From Eubacteriales bacterium (GTDB taxonomy: Bacteria > Bacillota > Clostridia > Christensenellales > UMGS416), in contig JBFLKU010000006.1 in the NCBI GenBank assembly GCA_040883315.1, positions 5,465 through 69,464 of the forward strand: a stretch of DNA of 64,000 nucleotides. Direction: 5' to 3'. Made by a program: the position numbers and the translations under genes. Shown in pieces: positions 38,125-47,317 of the stretch (position 1 is the first letter of the stretch; each line of letters begins with the position of its first letter). The notes under the pieces are model-generated. The model was not told where the DNA came from, ran no database searches, and worked only from the letters and a program-made list of their open reading frames with translations.

Positions 38125-39369
38125 GTGAGCCTATTAAAAACTCCGGGTCTTTATAAAGACGGTATTAAAAAAATGGACTGGGCACTAAACTATATGCCCG
38201 TTACTAGAAGCATACTGGAAGATTATAAAAAAACAATGCCGCTCTCTGGGCTCAAGGTAGTGACGGCTATGCGTGTGGACGCAAAAATGGGCAACTTTGC
38301 AAGAGTGCTGAAGGCTGCAGGCGCACAGGTATATGTGGCTAGTTCGTCTCCGCAGGCAGTGGAGGATGACGTAGTAGCAGGTCTTTATAATGAAGGAATA
38401 AACGTATTCGCACAGAGCAACGTGAGCCAGGAAATATATAAAAGACAGCTTATAGCAGCTGTTGACTGCAACCCAAACATTATGATAGACACAAGCGGAG
38501 ACCTGATGACATTGCTGCACAATGAGTGCAAAGTGAACAGCAAAGAGATAATAGGCGGCTGCGAAGAGACCACCACGGGAATACGCCGTGCAAAGGCCAG
38601 AGCACAGGCAGGCAAGCTGGATTATCCTATAATTGCAACAAGCAATGCGAAATGCCAAGCCCTATTTGACGATAGATACGGAACAGGGCAGAGCGTTTGG
38701 AGCTCTATTATGAGTGCGACAAACCTGATGCTGGCCGGCAAAAATGTTGTGGTAGCTGGCTACGGCTGGTGCGGCAGAGGCGTGGCGCTGCGTGCTATGG
38801 GACTAGGTGCCAATGTAATAGTATGCGAAGTAGACCCTGTAAAGGCGCTGGAGGCATCTATGGATGGCTGCACAGTGATGGTGATGGACAGGGCTGCAAA
38901 GCTTGGTGACGTATTTGTGACTGTTACAGGCTGCAAAGATGTAATCACAAAAGAGCATTTTGCTGCCATGAAAGATGGAGCATTGCTGACAAATGCAGGG
39001 CACTTTGACGTGGAGCTGAATGTATGCGAGCTCCAGGAGCTGAGCGTAGACAAAAAAATGATAGGTGACAAGCTGGAAACATACACATTAAAAGACGGCA
39101 GAAAGCTGAATCTTTTAGGCGAGGGACGGCTGGTAAACTTGGTAATCAGCGAAGGCGGAGCAGCAGAGGCACTGGATTTGGGCTTTGCTATTCAGGCAAA
39201 GTCGGCTGTGTATATTGCGCAAAACTACGAGAAGCTGAAAAAAATAGTGTATGAAATACCAAAAGAAATAGATTATGACGTGGCAGCAATCAAACTGAAT
39301 TCAAGGAATATCAGAATAGATGAGCTGACAAAAATGCAGTCGGATTACCTGAAAAGTTGGGAGGGCTAG
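38125..39369 (+). CDS. ahcY: Adenosylhomocysteinase-like protein with substituted active-site residues
   Basis: EETTTG, RYGTGQS, GYGWCGRG, EVDP, NAGHFDVE and EGRLVNL conserved; see findings for the deviations. Confidence 0.85.
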   Translation: MSLLKTPGLYKDGIKKMDWALNYMPVTRSILEDYKKTMPLSGLKVVTAMRVDAKMGNFARVLKAAGAQVYVASSSPQAVEDDVVAGLYNEGINVFAQSNVSQEIYKRQLIAAVDCNPNIMIDTSGDLMTLLHNECKVNSKEIIGGCEETTTGIRRAKARAQAGKLDYPIIATSNAKCQALFDDRYGTGQSVWSSIMSATNLMLAGKNVVVAGYGWCGRGVALRAMGLGANVIVCEVDPVKALEASMDGCTVMVMDRAAKLGDVFVTVTGCKDVITKEHFAAMKDGALLTNAGHFDVELNVCELQELSVDKKMIGDKLETYTLKDGRKLNLLGEGRLVNLVISEGGAAEALDLGFAIQAKSAVYIAQNYEKLKKIVYEIPKEIDYDVAAIKLNSRNIRIDELTKMQSDYLKSWEG

Positions 39370-39372
39370 TAT

Positions 39373-40674
39373 TTGAAAAGGCTTTTTAAGGGAGCTGTAA
39401 TAATCACTGCAAACGAGAACTTTGACATAATATATAATGGAATGCTGGGTATTAAGGGAAACGAGATAGTGTATGTCGGCGAATACAGCAGTGAGTTTGA
39501 AAAGGGATTTGACGCCGATTCTATTATACATGCAAATAACAAAGTCCTGATGCCGGGGCTCATTAATATGCACACACACCTTCCAATGACTCTCTTCAGA
39601 GGATATGCCAGCGACATGGCACTGGATGAGTGGCTGAGAGAAAAGATACTGCCTGCAGAAGAAAAAATGAGTGCAGCAGATGTGGAGATAGGCACAAGAA
39701 TTGCATGTGCAGAGATGATACTTTCCGGTACTACAATGTGCCTGGATATGTATATGCATGCAGACAAAATAGCGAATGTTATATATGATATGGGGCTGCG
39801 AGGCGCTGTTTCGTATTCGTATAATGATGATTCTGCAATAGAGAAAGCAATGAGCCTGACAGAGCATTGCAAGACATTGGAGGGCGGCAAGCTGAGGGCT
39901 ATTGCCTCGCTGAGCTTGGCTTTCGATGGAAATGATGACAAGCAGGCTGTAGAAAAATATATAAACGAATGCAGGGAAAACAACAAGAGAATTCATTTCC
40001 ATGTGGCAGACAACGATGCACAGACAAAAAGGTGCAAAAAAGCAACAGGCATGTCGCCTATAGAATATATGGAAAGCCTTGGCGTATTCAAAGCAAAAAC
40101 TATTGCCGTGCATTGCTTGGATATATCAGATAGCGATATGGATATTCTGAAAAACAATAATGTTTCAGTGGTGTATTGCCCCACCAGCGATGCAAAGATA
40201 GCCAGCGGATTCGCACCTGTTGACAAGATGCTGAAAAAGGGCATAAATGTGTGCATAGGCACAGACGGCGGAGCCAGCAACAACAATATGGATATGCTGG
40301 AAGAGATGCATATAGGCTCGGTTATAGCAAAGGGCATCAGCCGAAATCCTGCCGCTATGAATGCGCAGGAAACCATAAAGATGGCAACAATAAACGGCGC
40401 GAAAGCACTGGGAATAGATAATATACTTGGCTCATTGGAAAAGGGCAAAAAAGCAGATATGATTATGTTTAATCATTCCAGTCCGTTTTTCCTTCCCAAA
40501 AGCGAGCTGTGCAATAACATAGTGTATTCGGCCTCCAGAAACGAGCTAGAGATGACTATGGTAGACGGAAAAACATTGATGGAAAGGGGTCAGCTTCTAA
40601 ATAATAATTATGAACGCCTAGCAGCTGGATTTGAGGAAGCGGCAGCAAGGCTAACAGACAAAGAAAACGAGTAG
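39373..40674 (+). CDS. MtaD/DadD-like amidohydrolase with an altered substrate pocket
   Basis: PGLINMHTH, SGTT...DMY, HFH, VHC, GTDGGASNN, MATINGAKALG, GKKAD; TTG start after GGAGG. Confidence 0.85.
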   Translation: MKRLFKGAVIITANENFDIIYNGMLGIKGNEIVYVGEYSSEFEKGFDADSIIHANNKVLMPGLINMHTHLPMTLFRGYASDMALDEWLREKILPAEEKMSAADVEIGTRIACAEMILSGTTMCLDMYMHADKIANVIYDMGLRGAVSYSYNDDSAIEKAMSLTEHCKTLEGGKLRAIASLSLAFDGNDDKQAVEKYINECRENNKRIHFHVADNDAQTKRCKKATGMSPIEYMESLGVFKAKTIAVHCLDISDSDMDILKNNNVSVVYCPTSDAKIASGFAPVDKMLKKGINVCIGTDGGASNNNMDMLEEMHIGSVIAKGISRNPAAMNAQETIKMATINGAKALGIDNILGSLEKGKKADMIMFNHSSPFFLPKSELCNNIVYSASRNELEMTMVDGKTLMERGQLLNNNYERLAAGFEEAAARLTDKENE

Positions 40675-42495
40675 ATGAGGGTATTCAGAAACAAAAACAT
40701 TATATTTTTTATTATAATCATATTGCTGCTGGCAGGCTGTACAAATAAAGACAAAATAGATTCAACTGCAACATCAGCACCTGTAGCTACCGATGTGCCT
40801 TTTTTAAGCAATGAGATAATTATATCCGGAGGCGATGGACTGACCCATCAGAATTTAGCAGATATCCAAATAGAAAATTTAGAGAATGACAAAGTGCGTA
40901 TGACGCTTTCTTTTATGACGGGCTCCGGAGCTGCCATGATAGACCAGCGAGTGAGCAGCGGAGTTCCTAATTATTCTGTCAGCCATGTAGAGGGCGTGGA
41001 TAGAATGATGATTCAGCTGGATGGCATATCCAACTGGACATACAAGATATATGATGAAGAGATACAAAACAATTCTATAATACAGGGTGTATTGAAGCAG
41101 GAGCCTATCGACGGCAACAGCCTATATCTTTATGTATCCACAAAAGATGACTACAGCTACAGAGTGGACACCAATACAAATAAAATAGTGATAACGATGT
41201 ATCCCCATGAGCAAAGCACAAAATACAACTATTATATAAAGTTAAATGCATTTTTAGAGTACCAAAACGGATATTTCAAATCAGAGGATTTTTACCCATG
41301 CCTAAGCAGAGATGGGGTGAATGGAGTGCTACTATCATATCCATTTGATACGCTGGATGCAGCTAATCTATATCTAGATGAGCACAAGGAAGAGCTGGAA
41401 GCGGAAATAGACATACAAGATATTTCTGTTGTCTACCTTGCAAACAATGAGCTTCCTGAGTATAGCTATGAAAACCAGCTAGAGCAGATAATAAACAAGC
41501 CGATAGGATACAGAAGCGACGAATCGATTGTGGGGCTTCCACTGATAACAGATGGCAGATTCTTGACATGGGGAAAGACAAAGGACGACTTTGTATATGC
41601 TAGAGCGTACACATTGCTTGGCTCTCAGGTGGGGGATGTGTATTCCTATGAGGAGATATGGAAAAGACAAAAAGACAGCAGTGCCAGAATGATGGAAACA
41701 CAGTTTAATTCCGTATTGAATGCGGACTACTCATATGATAATAGATTTCTGGCATTTATAGACCAGAATGATGAAACAAGAATGCTGCAAATACTGGACA
41801 ACCTGACAGGCGACATATACTTGCCGGCTGATGACGGATTTGGAATAGACACTTCATCTTTTGTATGGTCCAACAATGATAATAGGCTCTTTGCAATAAC
41901 CGGAGAGCGGGAAAGCAAGCAGCTGCTGTGCTACGACATGAGAAATATACTGGATATATCCGTGTATGCGCTGACAGAAGAGGAATACATGGAAAGCAGC
42001 CTTTGCCTATTTGATGAGTATATATATTTCCTGAAGGCAGGTGAAGACAGCCTGACTACAGATATATACAGAGCGGATATTGAAACAGGGCATGCCAGCA
42101 AGTTTTTATCCGGGAATTCATTTATGCTTTCGCCCAAAGGAAACAAAATAGCGGTAAATGACATGCAGCAAAAAAATGCAGAACAATATAGCTTCTATTT
42201 GTATGATATGAATACAAAAAACAAGGAAGTCATCCAAACAGGCAAGATGATAATGGACTACACATGGAGCAGAGACGGCAGCAGAATATACTACACTGTA
42301 TATAAAAACGCTGGATGGGAAGATGAATATCCGCTGCAGCTGTATTACTATGATGTAGCCAAAAACAAGAGCTACTATGTGATGGACATGATAACAGGGG
42401 CATTATACCCTGCATATGATGAAGATCAAGTGCTAGTTATGAGCATATTCCAGCTGCAGGACAGGCAGATAACCATAACATATCAAGTGCAGTAG
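40675..42495 (+). CDS. Large lipoprotein with a C-terminal beta-propeller (TolB-like)
   Basis: Lipobox LAGC; blade motifs YSYDNRFLAF, WSNNDNRLF, LSPKGNKIAV, WSRDGSRIYY. Confidence 0.75.
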   Translation: MRVFRNKNIIFFIIIILLLAGCTNKDKIDSTATSAPVATDVPFLSNEIIISGGDGLTHQNLADIQIENLENDKVRMTLSFMTGSGAAMIDQRVSSGVPNYSVSHVEGVDRMMIQLDGISNWTYKIYDEEIQNNSIIQGVLKQEPIDGNSLYLYVSTKDDYSYRVDTNTNKIVITMYPHEQSTKYNYYIKLNAFLEYQNGYFKSEDFYPCLSRDGVNGVLLSYPFDTLDAANLYLDEHKEELEAEIDIQDISVVYLANNELPEYSYENQLEQIINKPIGYRSDESIVGLPLITDGRFLTWGKTKDDFVYARAYTLLGSQVGDVYSYEEIWKRQKDSSARMMETQFNSVLNADYSYDNRFLAFIDQNDETRMLQILDNLTGDIYLPADDGFGIDTSSFVWSNNDNRLFAITGERESKQLLCYDMRNILDISVYALTEEEYMESSLCLFDEYIYFLKAGEDSLTTDIYRADIETGHASKFLSGNSFMLSPKGNKIAVNDMQQKNAEQYSFYLYDMNTKNKEVIQTGKMIMDYTWSRDGSRIYYTVYKNAGWEDEYPLQLYYYDVAKNKSYYVMDMITGALYPAYDEDQVLVMSIFQLQDRQITITYQVQ

Positions 42496-42527
42496 CATAA
42501 GATAAACATATATGAAAATAATAATTC

Positions 42528-42555
42528 AGCCGCTTATCTATTTAAGTGGCTTTTT
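42528..42555 (+). terminator. Intrinsic terminator closing the ahcY-like operon
   Basis: AGCCGCTTA / TAAGTGGCT stem plus T-tract. Confidence 0.65.
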
Positions 42556-42645
42556 GATGCATGTATAATCTATAACTCAATAAAAGGTTTACAATGCTGC
42601 AAAAATATGTGTATAATTAGTCAATAAGCTTAGGGGAGAAACTGC

Positions 42646-43101
42646 ATGAATAAATGGGATAAAAGATTTATGGAAATGGCAGAGCTGATATCCACATGGT
42701 CTAGCTGCTATCAGGAAAACAGAAAAATAGGTGCTATAATAGTGAAAGATAAACGTATAGTAACCACCGGATACAACGGTGCGCCATCCGGCATAGAGAG
42801 CTGCGTGGAGCGAGGAGAATGCCTTCGCAGAAAAATGAATGTGCCATCAGGCACAAGGGCGGAGCTGTGCTATGCCATACACGCCGAGCAAAACGCCATA
42901 CTGCAGGCAGCCAGACTGGGGCTTTCACTGATAGATTCCACCCTATACTGCACCCATCAGCCATGCGTGATATGCAGCAAAATGATAGTGAATGCAGGCA
43001 TAAAGAAGGTGTGGTACAAGCATCCTTATCCCGATGAGTTTGCCATAAAAATACTAACTGAAGCTAATGTAGAATTAATTCAATACACGGAAGGCGAATA
43101 G
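42646..43101 (+). CDS. dCMP deaminase family protein
   Basis: WD..FM..A, TGYNGAP, HAEQNA, PCVICSK. Confidence 0.92.
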   Translation: MNKWDKRFMEMAELISTWSSCYQENRKIGAIIVKDKRIVTTGYNGAPSGIESCVERGECLRRKMNVPSGTRAELCYAIHAEQNAILQAARLGLSLIDSTLYCTHQPCVICSKMIVNAGIKKVWYKHPYPDEFAIKILTEANVELIQYTEGE

Positions 43102-43108
43102 AAAATTA

Positions 43109-43744
43109 ATGAAATATAAACATATAATCTGGGATTATAACGGAACGATACTGGATGATACACAGCTGGTTTTGGACATACTGAATAAAATGCTGGAAGA
43201 GAAAAGACTGAAGACCTGTACTATGGATGAATATAGAGAGGTGTTTGATTTTCCTATTATAGACTACTATATAAATGTAGGGTTTGATTTAGAGAAGTAT
43301 TCATTTGAGGAGCTGGCAGACCAGTTTACCGACATGTATGAGCAGATGTTTGAAAAGTCGAATCTGCGAAACGGAATAGTGGAGATGATGAAAAAATTCC
43401 ACGAGGAAGGATTCGAGCAAAGCATACTGACAGCAGGCAGAGAAAAAAATATTGGAAACGAAATAAAGGCTTTTGGGCTGGATAAATACATAAAGGAAAT
43501 AACAGGACTAAACAACAATAAAGCTGAGAGCAAGGTATTTCTGGCAGAGCAGCATCTGGAAAAGATAAAGGTGAAGCCGGAGGAAATATTATTTATAGGC
43601 GACACCACCCACGACTACTTGGTGGCACAGGAGATAGGCTGCGACTGCGTGCTGCTATCGGGCGGACACCAGAGCATGCGCAGGCTGCAGGCTGTATGCG
43701 AAATGGTGGCAGAGAGACCAGAGGACATAGAGAAATATTTATAA
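43109..43744 (+). CDS. HAD-family hydrolase
   Basis: WDYNGTILDD motif I; FIGDTTHD motif IV. Confidence 0.9.
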   Translation: MKYKHIIWDYNGTILDDTQLVLDILNKMLEEKRLKTCTMDEYREVFDFPIIDYYINVGFDLEKYSFEELADQFTDMYEQMFEKSNLRNGIVEMMKKFHEEGFEQSILTAGREKNIGNEIKAFGLDKYIKEITGLNNNKAESKVFLAEQHLEKIKVKPEEILFIGDTTHDYLVAQEIGCDCVLLSGGHQSMRRLQAVCEMVAERPEDIEKYL

Positions 43745-43751
43745 GCAAATT

Positions 43752-43781
43752 AAAAGCCCTTACCATTGGTAAGGACTTTTT
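43752..43781. terminator. Bidirectional terminator
   Basis: AAAAGCCCTTACC-att-GGTAAGGACTTTT between convergent genes. Confidence 0.65.
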
Positions 43782-43802
43782 AAAATCTAATTATATAATT
43801 TA

Positions 43803-43988
43803 TTATTCGTCAGATTCGTCTACGATGTCTGCAGCTGGGGCATTTTTCTTTACAGATTCGATGCCGTTTTTGCAGCCAGCTTTTGTTGTGTAGGCTTCAC
43901 TTGTTGCGATGATTTCGCCGTTGCCTGCTTTTAGGTTGAAGCGGAATTGACCGCCTTTATCTTTTTTAATAACGAATTTTGCACTCAT
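43803..43988 (-). CDS. YegP/DUF1508 family protein (single domain)
   Basis: KF.I.KDKGGQFRFNLKAGNGEIIATSE.Y..K....NGIESVK.NA; AGGAGG RBS. Confidence 0.92.
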   Translation of the reverse strand: MSAKFVIKKDKGGQFRFNLKAGNGEIIATSEAYTTKAGCKNGIESVKKNAPAADIVDESDE

Positions 43989-44108
43989 GTACTTCTTCCT
44001 CCTAAAGTAATTTATGAATTTATTATATCACAATAAAAAAATATGTATAGTGATTTGGTTACATTTATTACCCTAATTATAAGGTTTATACACCTGCATA
44101 TAAATATA

Positions 44109-44126
44109 GCCGGCAAAATTGCCGGC
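44109..44126 (-). terminator. Hairpin downstream of icd
   Basis: GCCGGCAA-aa-TTGCCGGC; weak U-tract. Confidence 0.5.
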
Positions 44127-44138
44127 CATATAATAAAA

Positions 44139-45338
44139 TTAAGCTAATTTCTCTGCAATAGCATCCATAAACTCTTTGGAGTTCACTTTCTTTGTTTCGC
44201 CTACTGCCAGTGCCAGCAGGTCGCCTGTCATCACGCCGCCCTCTATTGTGGCAACTGTTGCCTTCTCCAGCTTTTTGGCAAATTCGCAAAGCTCTGGGAT
44301 CTCGTCCATTTCGCCCCGCTTGTTCAGAGCACCAGTCCATGCAAATATTGTGGCTACTGGGTTGGTAGATGTCTCTACGCCTTCCAGATATCTGTAGTAG
44401 TGGCGTGTCACTGTGCCGTGTGCAGCTTCATATTCGTAGTATCCGTCCGGCGATATCAATACAGAGGACATCATTGCAAGGCTGCCGAATGCTGTGGCTA
44501 CTAGGTCGCTCATCACGTCGCCGTCGTAGTTCATGCATGCCCATAGCATGCCGCCGTTGCTTTTTATAATGCGAGCTACTATGTCGTCAATTAGTGTGTA
44601 GAAATATTCAATTCCCAGTGCTTCAAATTTCATTTTGTAGTGCTTGTCATATATCTCTTGGAACACATCCTTGAACTTGTGGTGATATATTTTGGATATG
44701 GTGTCCTTTGAGCCAAACCATAAATCCATTTTATGATCTAGTGCATACATAAAGCATGCATGTGCAAAGTGGTCTATAGATGATGTATCGTTGTGCATTC
44801 CCCTCACTACGCCGCCTGCATTTTGGAATGTGTGTATCAGCTGACGCTCCTCCTTGCCGTCTGCTGTGGTGTACACCAGCTCTGCCTTTGTGCCAGCTGG
44901 CACTTCCTTTTCTTCGCAGTTGTATATGTCGCCGTATGCATGACGAGCCATGACTATCGGTGATGTCCAGCCCGGAACATATGATTTAATGTTTTTGCAT
45001 AAAATAGGCTCTCTAAATACTGTTCCGCCCAAAATTCCACGTATTGTGCCGTTGGGGCTTTTCCACATTTTTTTCAGGTTATATTCTTCCACTCTTTGTG
45101 CATTTGGTGTGATGGTGGCGCACTTTACACCCACGCCATATTTTTTGATAGCTTCTGCACACTCCACCGTCACCTTGTCGTCGGTTTTGTCCCTGTTTAC
45201 CAGACCTAGGTCGTAGTATTCAGTTTTCAAATCCACAAAAGGCAGTATCAGCTTTTCCTTTATCTGCTCCCACAGAATGCGGGTCATTTCGTCGCCGTCT
45301 ATCTCCACAATAGGTGTTTTCATCTGGATTTTGGTCAT
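44139..45338 (-). CDS. icd: NADP-dependent isocitrate dehydrogenase (type II)
   Basis: [46 protein letters not shown]; start placed at 45338 after GGAGG. Confidence 0.96.
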   Translation of the reverse strand: MTKIQMKTPIVEIDGDEMTRILWEQIKEKLILPFVDLKTEYYDLGLVNRDKTDDKVTVECAEAIKKYGVGVKCATITPNAQRVEEYNLKKMWKSPNGTIRGILGGTVFREPILCKNIKSYVPGWTSPIVMARHAYGDIYNCEEKEVPAGTKAELVYTTADGKEERQLIHTFQNAGGVVRGMHNDTSSIDHFAHACFMYALDHKMDLWFGSKDTISKIYHHKFKDVFQEIYDKHYKMKFEALGIEYFYTLIDDIVARIIKSNGGMLWACMNYDGDVMSDLVATAFGSLAMMSSVLISPDGYYEYEAAHGTVTRHYYRYLEGVETSTNPVATIFAWTGALNKRGEMDEIPELCEFAKKLEKATVATIEGGVMTGDLLALAVGETKKVNSKEFMDAIAEKLA

Positions 45339-45622
45339 TCGAGTATCCTCCGTATATAAAAATTTTAATTTGTTACAAATATGCATGTGGTTTTATAATA
45401 TACACCAAGATAGTATACATTAATATTGGCTATATATCAAGTGAGTAAAGGTGATGCAGAGAAATACAAATGCCTTTTTGAAATATACACAGATATAGGC
45501 AAATGAAGATATTTTAGTATCTCGCAGCATATAATATTTCTTGATAAAATAGATTTATTTGTATATAATCAAATAGTATATATGTCATAATATAATTTGA
45601 CAGAATAAAGGGTGATGCGTAT

Positions 45623-45961
45623 ATGAGCACAATAAATATACTTTGGACAACGGATTCAGCTGACACAGCAATGCTGTTTATCAATGAGTATGCACTAGGC
45701 TCTCTATCATATCAATGGTGGGACAAGGTTCGGGTAATTCTCTGGGGCGGCTCCGTGAGACTGATAATGAATAATAATTATATTCAGGTTTACATTATGC
45801 AGATGGTGCACAAAGGCGTGGAAGTGATTGCCAGCAAAAACTGTGCAGACGCAGTGGGGGCAACCGAGCTGCTGGAAAGCCTAGAGGTTCAGGTAATGTA
45901 TTTTGGAAAAGAGCTTACTGAAATCATCCAAGACAAAGATCAGGAATTAATCAGCGTATAA
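45623..45961 (+). CDS. DsrE-family protein
   Basis: NILWTT, YA..S....WWD.V..I.WG.S, A(S)KNCAD..G, YFG..LT. Confidence 0.75.
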   Translation: MSTINILWTTDSADTAMLFINEYALGSLSYQWWDKVRVILWGGSVRLIMNNNYIQVYIMQMVHKGVEVIASKNCADAVGATELLESLEVQVMYFGKELTEIIQDKDQELISV

Positions 45962-45968
45962 AAATATT

Positions 45969-45999
45969 AATGGCTTCACATTATTGTGGGGCCATTTTT
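45969..45999 (+). terminator. Intrinsic terminator
   Basis: AATGGCTTCACA-ttat-TGTGGGGCCATT plus T residues. Confidence 0.7.
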
Positions 46000-46023
46000 A
46001 ACTAAACCAAAGGAGACAAACAT

Positions 46024-46989
46024 ATGAAGTGGGCAATAATTGGAACAGGACAGATATCACATCAGTTTGCAACGGATGCAGGTGCTGCAAAAAGCGCAGA
46101 GCTGGTGGCAGTATGCTCCAGAGACATAGAGAAGGGTAAGGCCTTCGCAAAAGAGTTTAATATACCAAAGGTATATTCAGACTATGATGAAATGCTTGCA
46201 AATGAAGAGATAGATAATATTTATGCGGGAGTGCCTCACACAGCACATCAGGAAGTGGTGGAATATTTCCTGAAAAAGAAGAAGAATGTGCTATGCGAAA
46301 AGCCGCTGGGCGTGAACAAACGCCAAGCTGAGAGCATGATAAAAACAGCCAAGGAAAATGATGTGCTGCTGATGGAAGCGATGTGGACCATGTTTTTCCC
46401 TGCAGTTATAAAAGCAAAAGAGCTGATAGACGCCAAACACTTCGGAGAGATTAACTCCGCAGCTGGCTTTATAGGCTATGGATCAATGGGCAACCATGAC
46501 AGATGGAGATACTACAGCCATATGGCAGGCGGAGCACTTTTGGATATCGGCGTGTATCCGGTGCACTTTTTCCTGCATATTTTCGGAAAAACGCCTGATG
46601 AAACAGTCAGCTTGGCAGATATAAGAGACGGCGTGGACATGACAGACAAAGTAGCTTTCAAATTTGGAAATGCAGCCGCCAGCTTTGATGCCAGCATACT
46701 AAGCTCCTATGAGTGGAGATATGATATTTACTGTGAAAGAGGTTCAATCCATTTAAATAGAATAACAGCCCCATATACACTGACGCTGAAGCCATTTGAC
46801 GGAGAAGAAGAGGTGATAGACTTTGCCTACGAAAGAGGCGGCATGCAGTATCAGATAGATGCATTTGATGAAGCCAGCAAAAAGGGAATGAAAGAGCTTC
46901 CCCCAGTCACACATCAGCGTACGCTGGACGCTCTGGAGATAATGGATGAGCTGAGAGAAAAATGGGGATTGAAATATCCGATGGAGTAG
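46024..46989 (+). CDS. Gfo/Idh/MocA-family oxidoreductase
   Basis: KWAIIGTGQI, VLCEKP, LMEAMW, GGALLDIGVYP. Confidence 0.9.
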   Translation: MKWAIIGTGQISHQFATDAGAAKSAELVAVCSRDIEKGKAFAKEFNIPKVYSDYDEMLANEEIDNIYAGVPHTAHQEVVEYFLKKKKNVLCEKPLGVNKRQAESMIKTAKENDVLLMEAMWTMFFPAVIKAKELIDAKHFGEINSAAGFIGYGSMGNHDRWRYYSHMAGGALLDIGVYPVHFFLHIFGKTPDETVSLADIRDGVDMTDKVAFKFGNAAASFDASILSSYEWRYDIYCERGSIHLNRITAPYTLTLKPFDGEEEVIDFAYERGGMQYQIDAFDEASKKGMKELPPVTHQRTLDALEIMDELREKWGLKYPME

Positions 46990-47007
46990 AAAGATTAGGT
47001 ATAATTT

Positions 47008-47035
47008 AAAAACAGTCAAAAATGACTGTTTTTTT
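47008..47035 (+). terminator. Intrinsic terminator
   Basis: AAAAACAGTCA-aaaa-TGACTGTTTTTTT. Confidence 0.8.
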
Positions 47036-47038
47036 GTG

Positions 47039-47067
47039 TTGAAATGTATTTTTATGGTAGGTATAAT
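47039..47067 (+). promoter_or_regulatory. Sigma-A promoter of the two small membrane ORFs
   Basis: TTGAAA-17 nt-TATAAT. Confidence 0.65.
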
Positions 47068-47104
47068 AGTATAGAATATTACTTAAATTGAACAGGAGAA
47101 AATA

Positions 47105-47317
47105 ATGGTATTAATATTGACAGTGTTAGGTATATACTTAATTATTTATAAAAAAACAAGATTGGCAGGGCTTTGCATTTTAGGATACTCTATATTTTAT
47201 GATATTTCGAATATTCTAGTTTTACCAAATGCAATAATAACTAGCCTTGAAATCGTAGCTCTAGTTTTTAGTAGTGTTGGTTTATTCTATTTAAGTAGGT
47301 ATAAAGAAAATGATTAA
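47105..47317 (+). CDS. Small hypothetical membrane protein (AT-rich)
   Basis: AGGAG RBS, promoter upstream, three hydrophobic segments. Confidence 0.6.
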   Translation: MVLILTVLGIYLIIYKKTRLAGLCILGYSIFYDISNILVLPNAIITSLEIVALVFSSVGLFYLSRYKEND

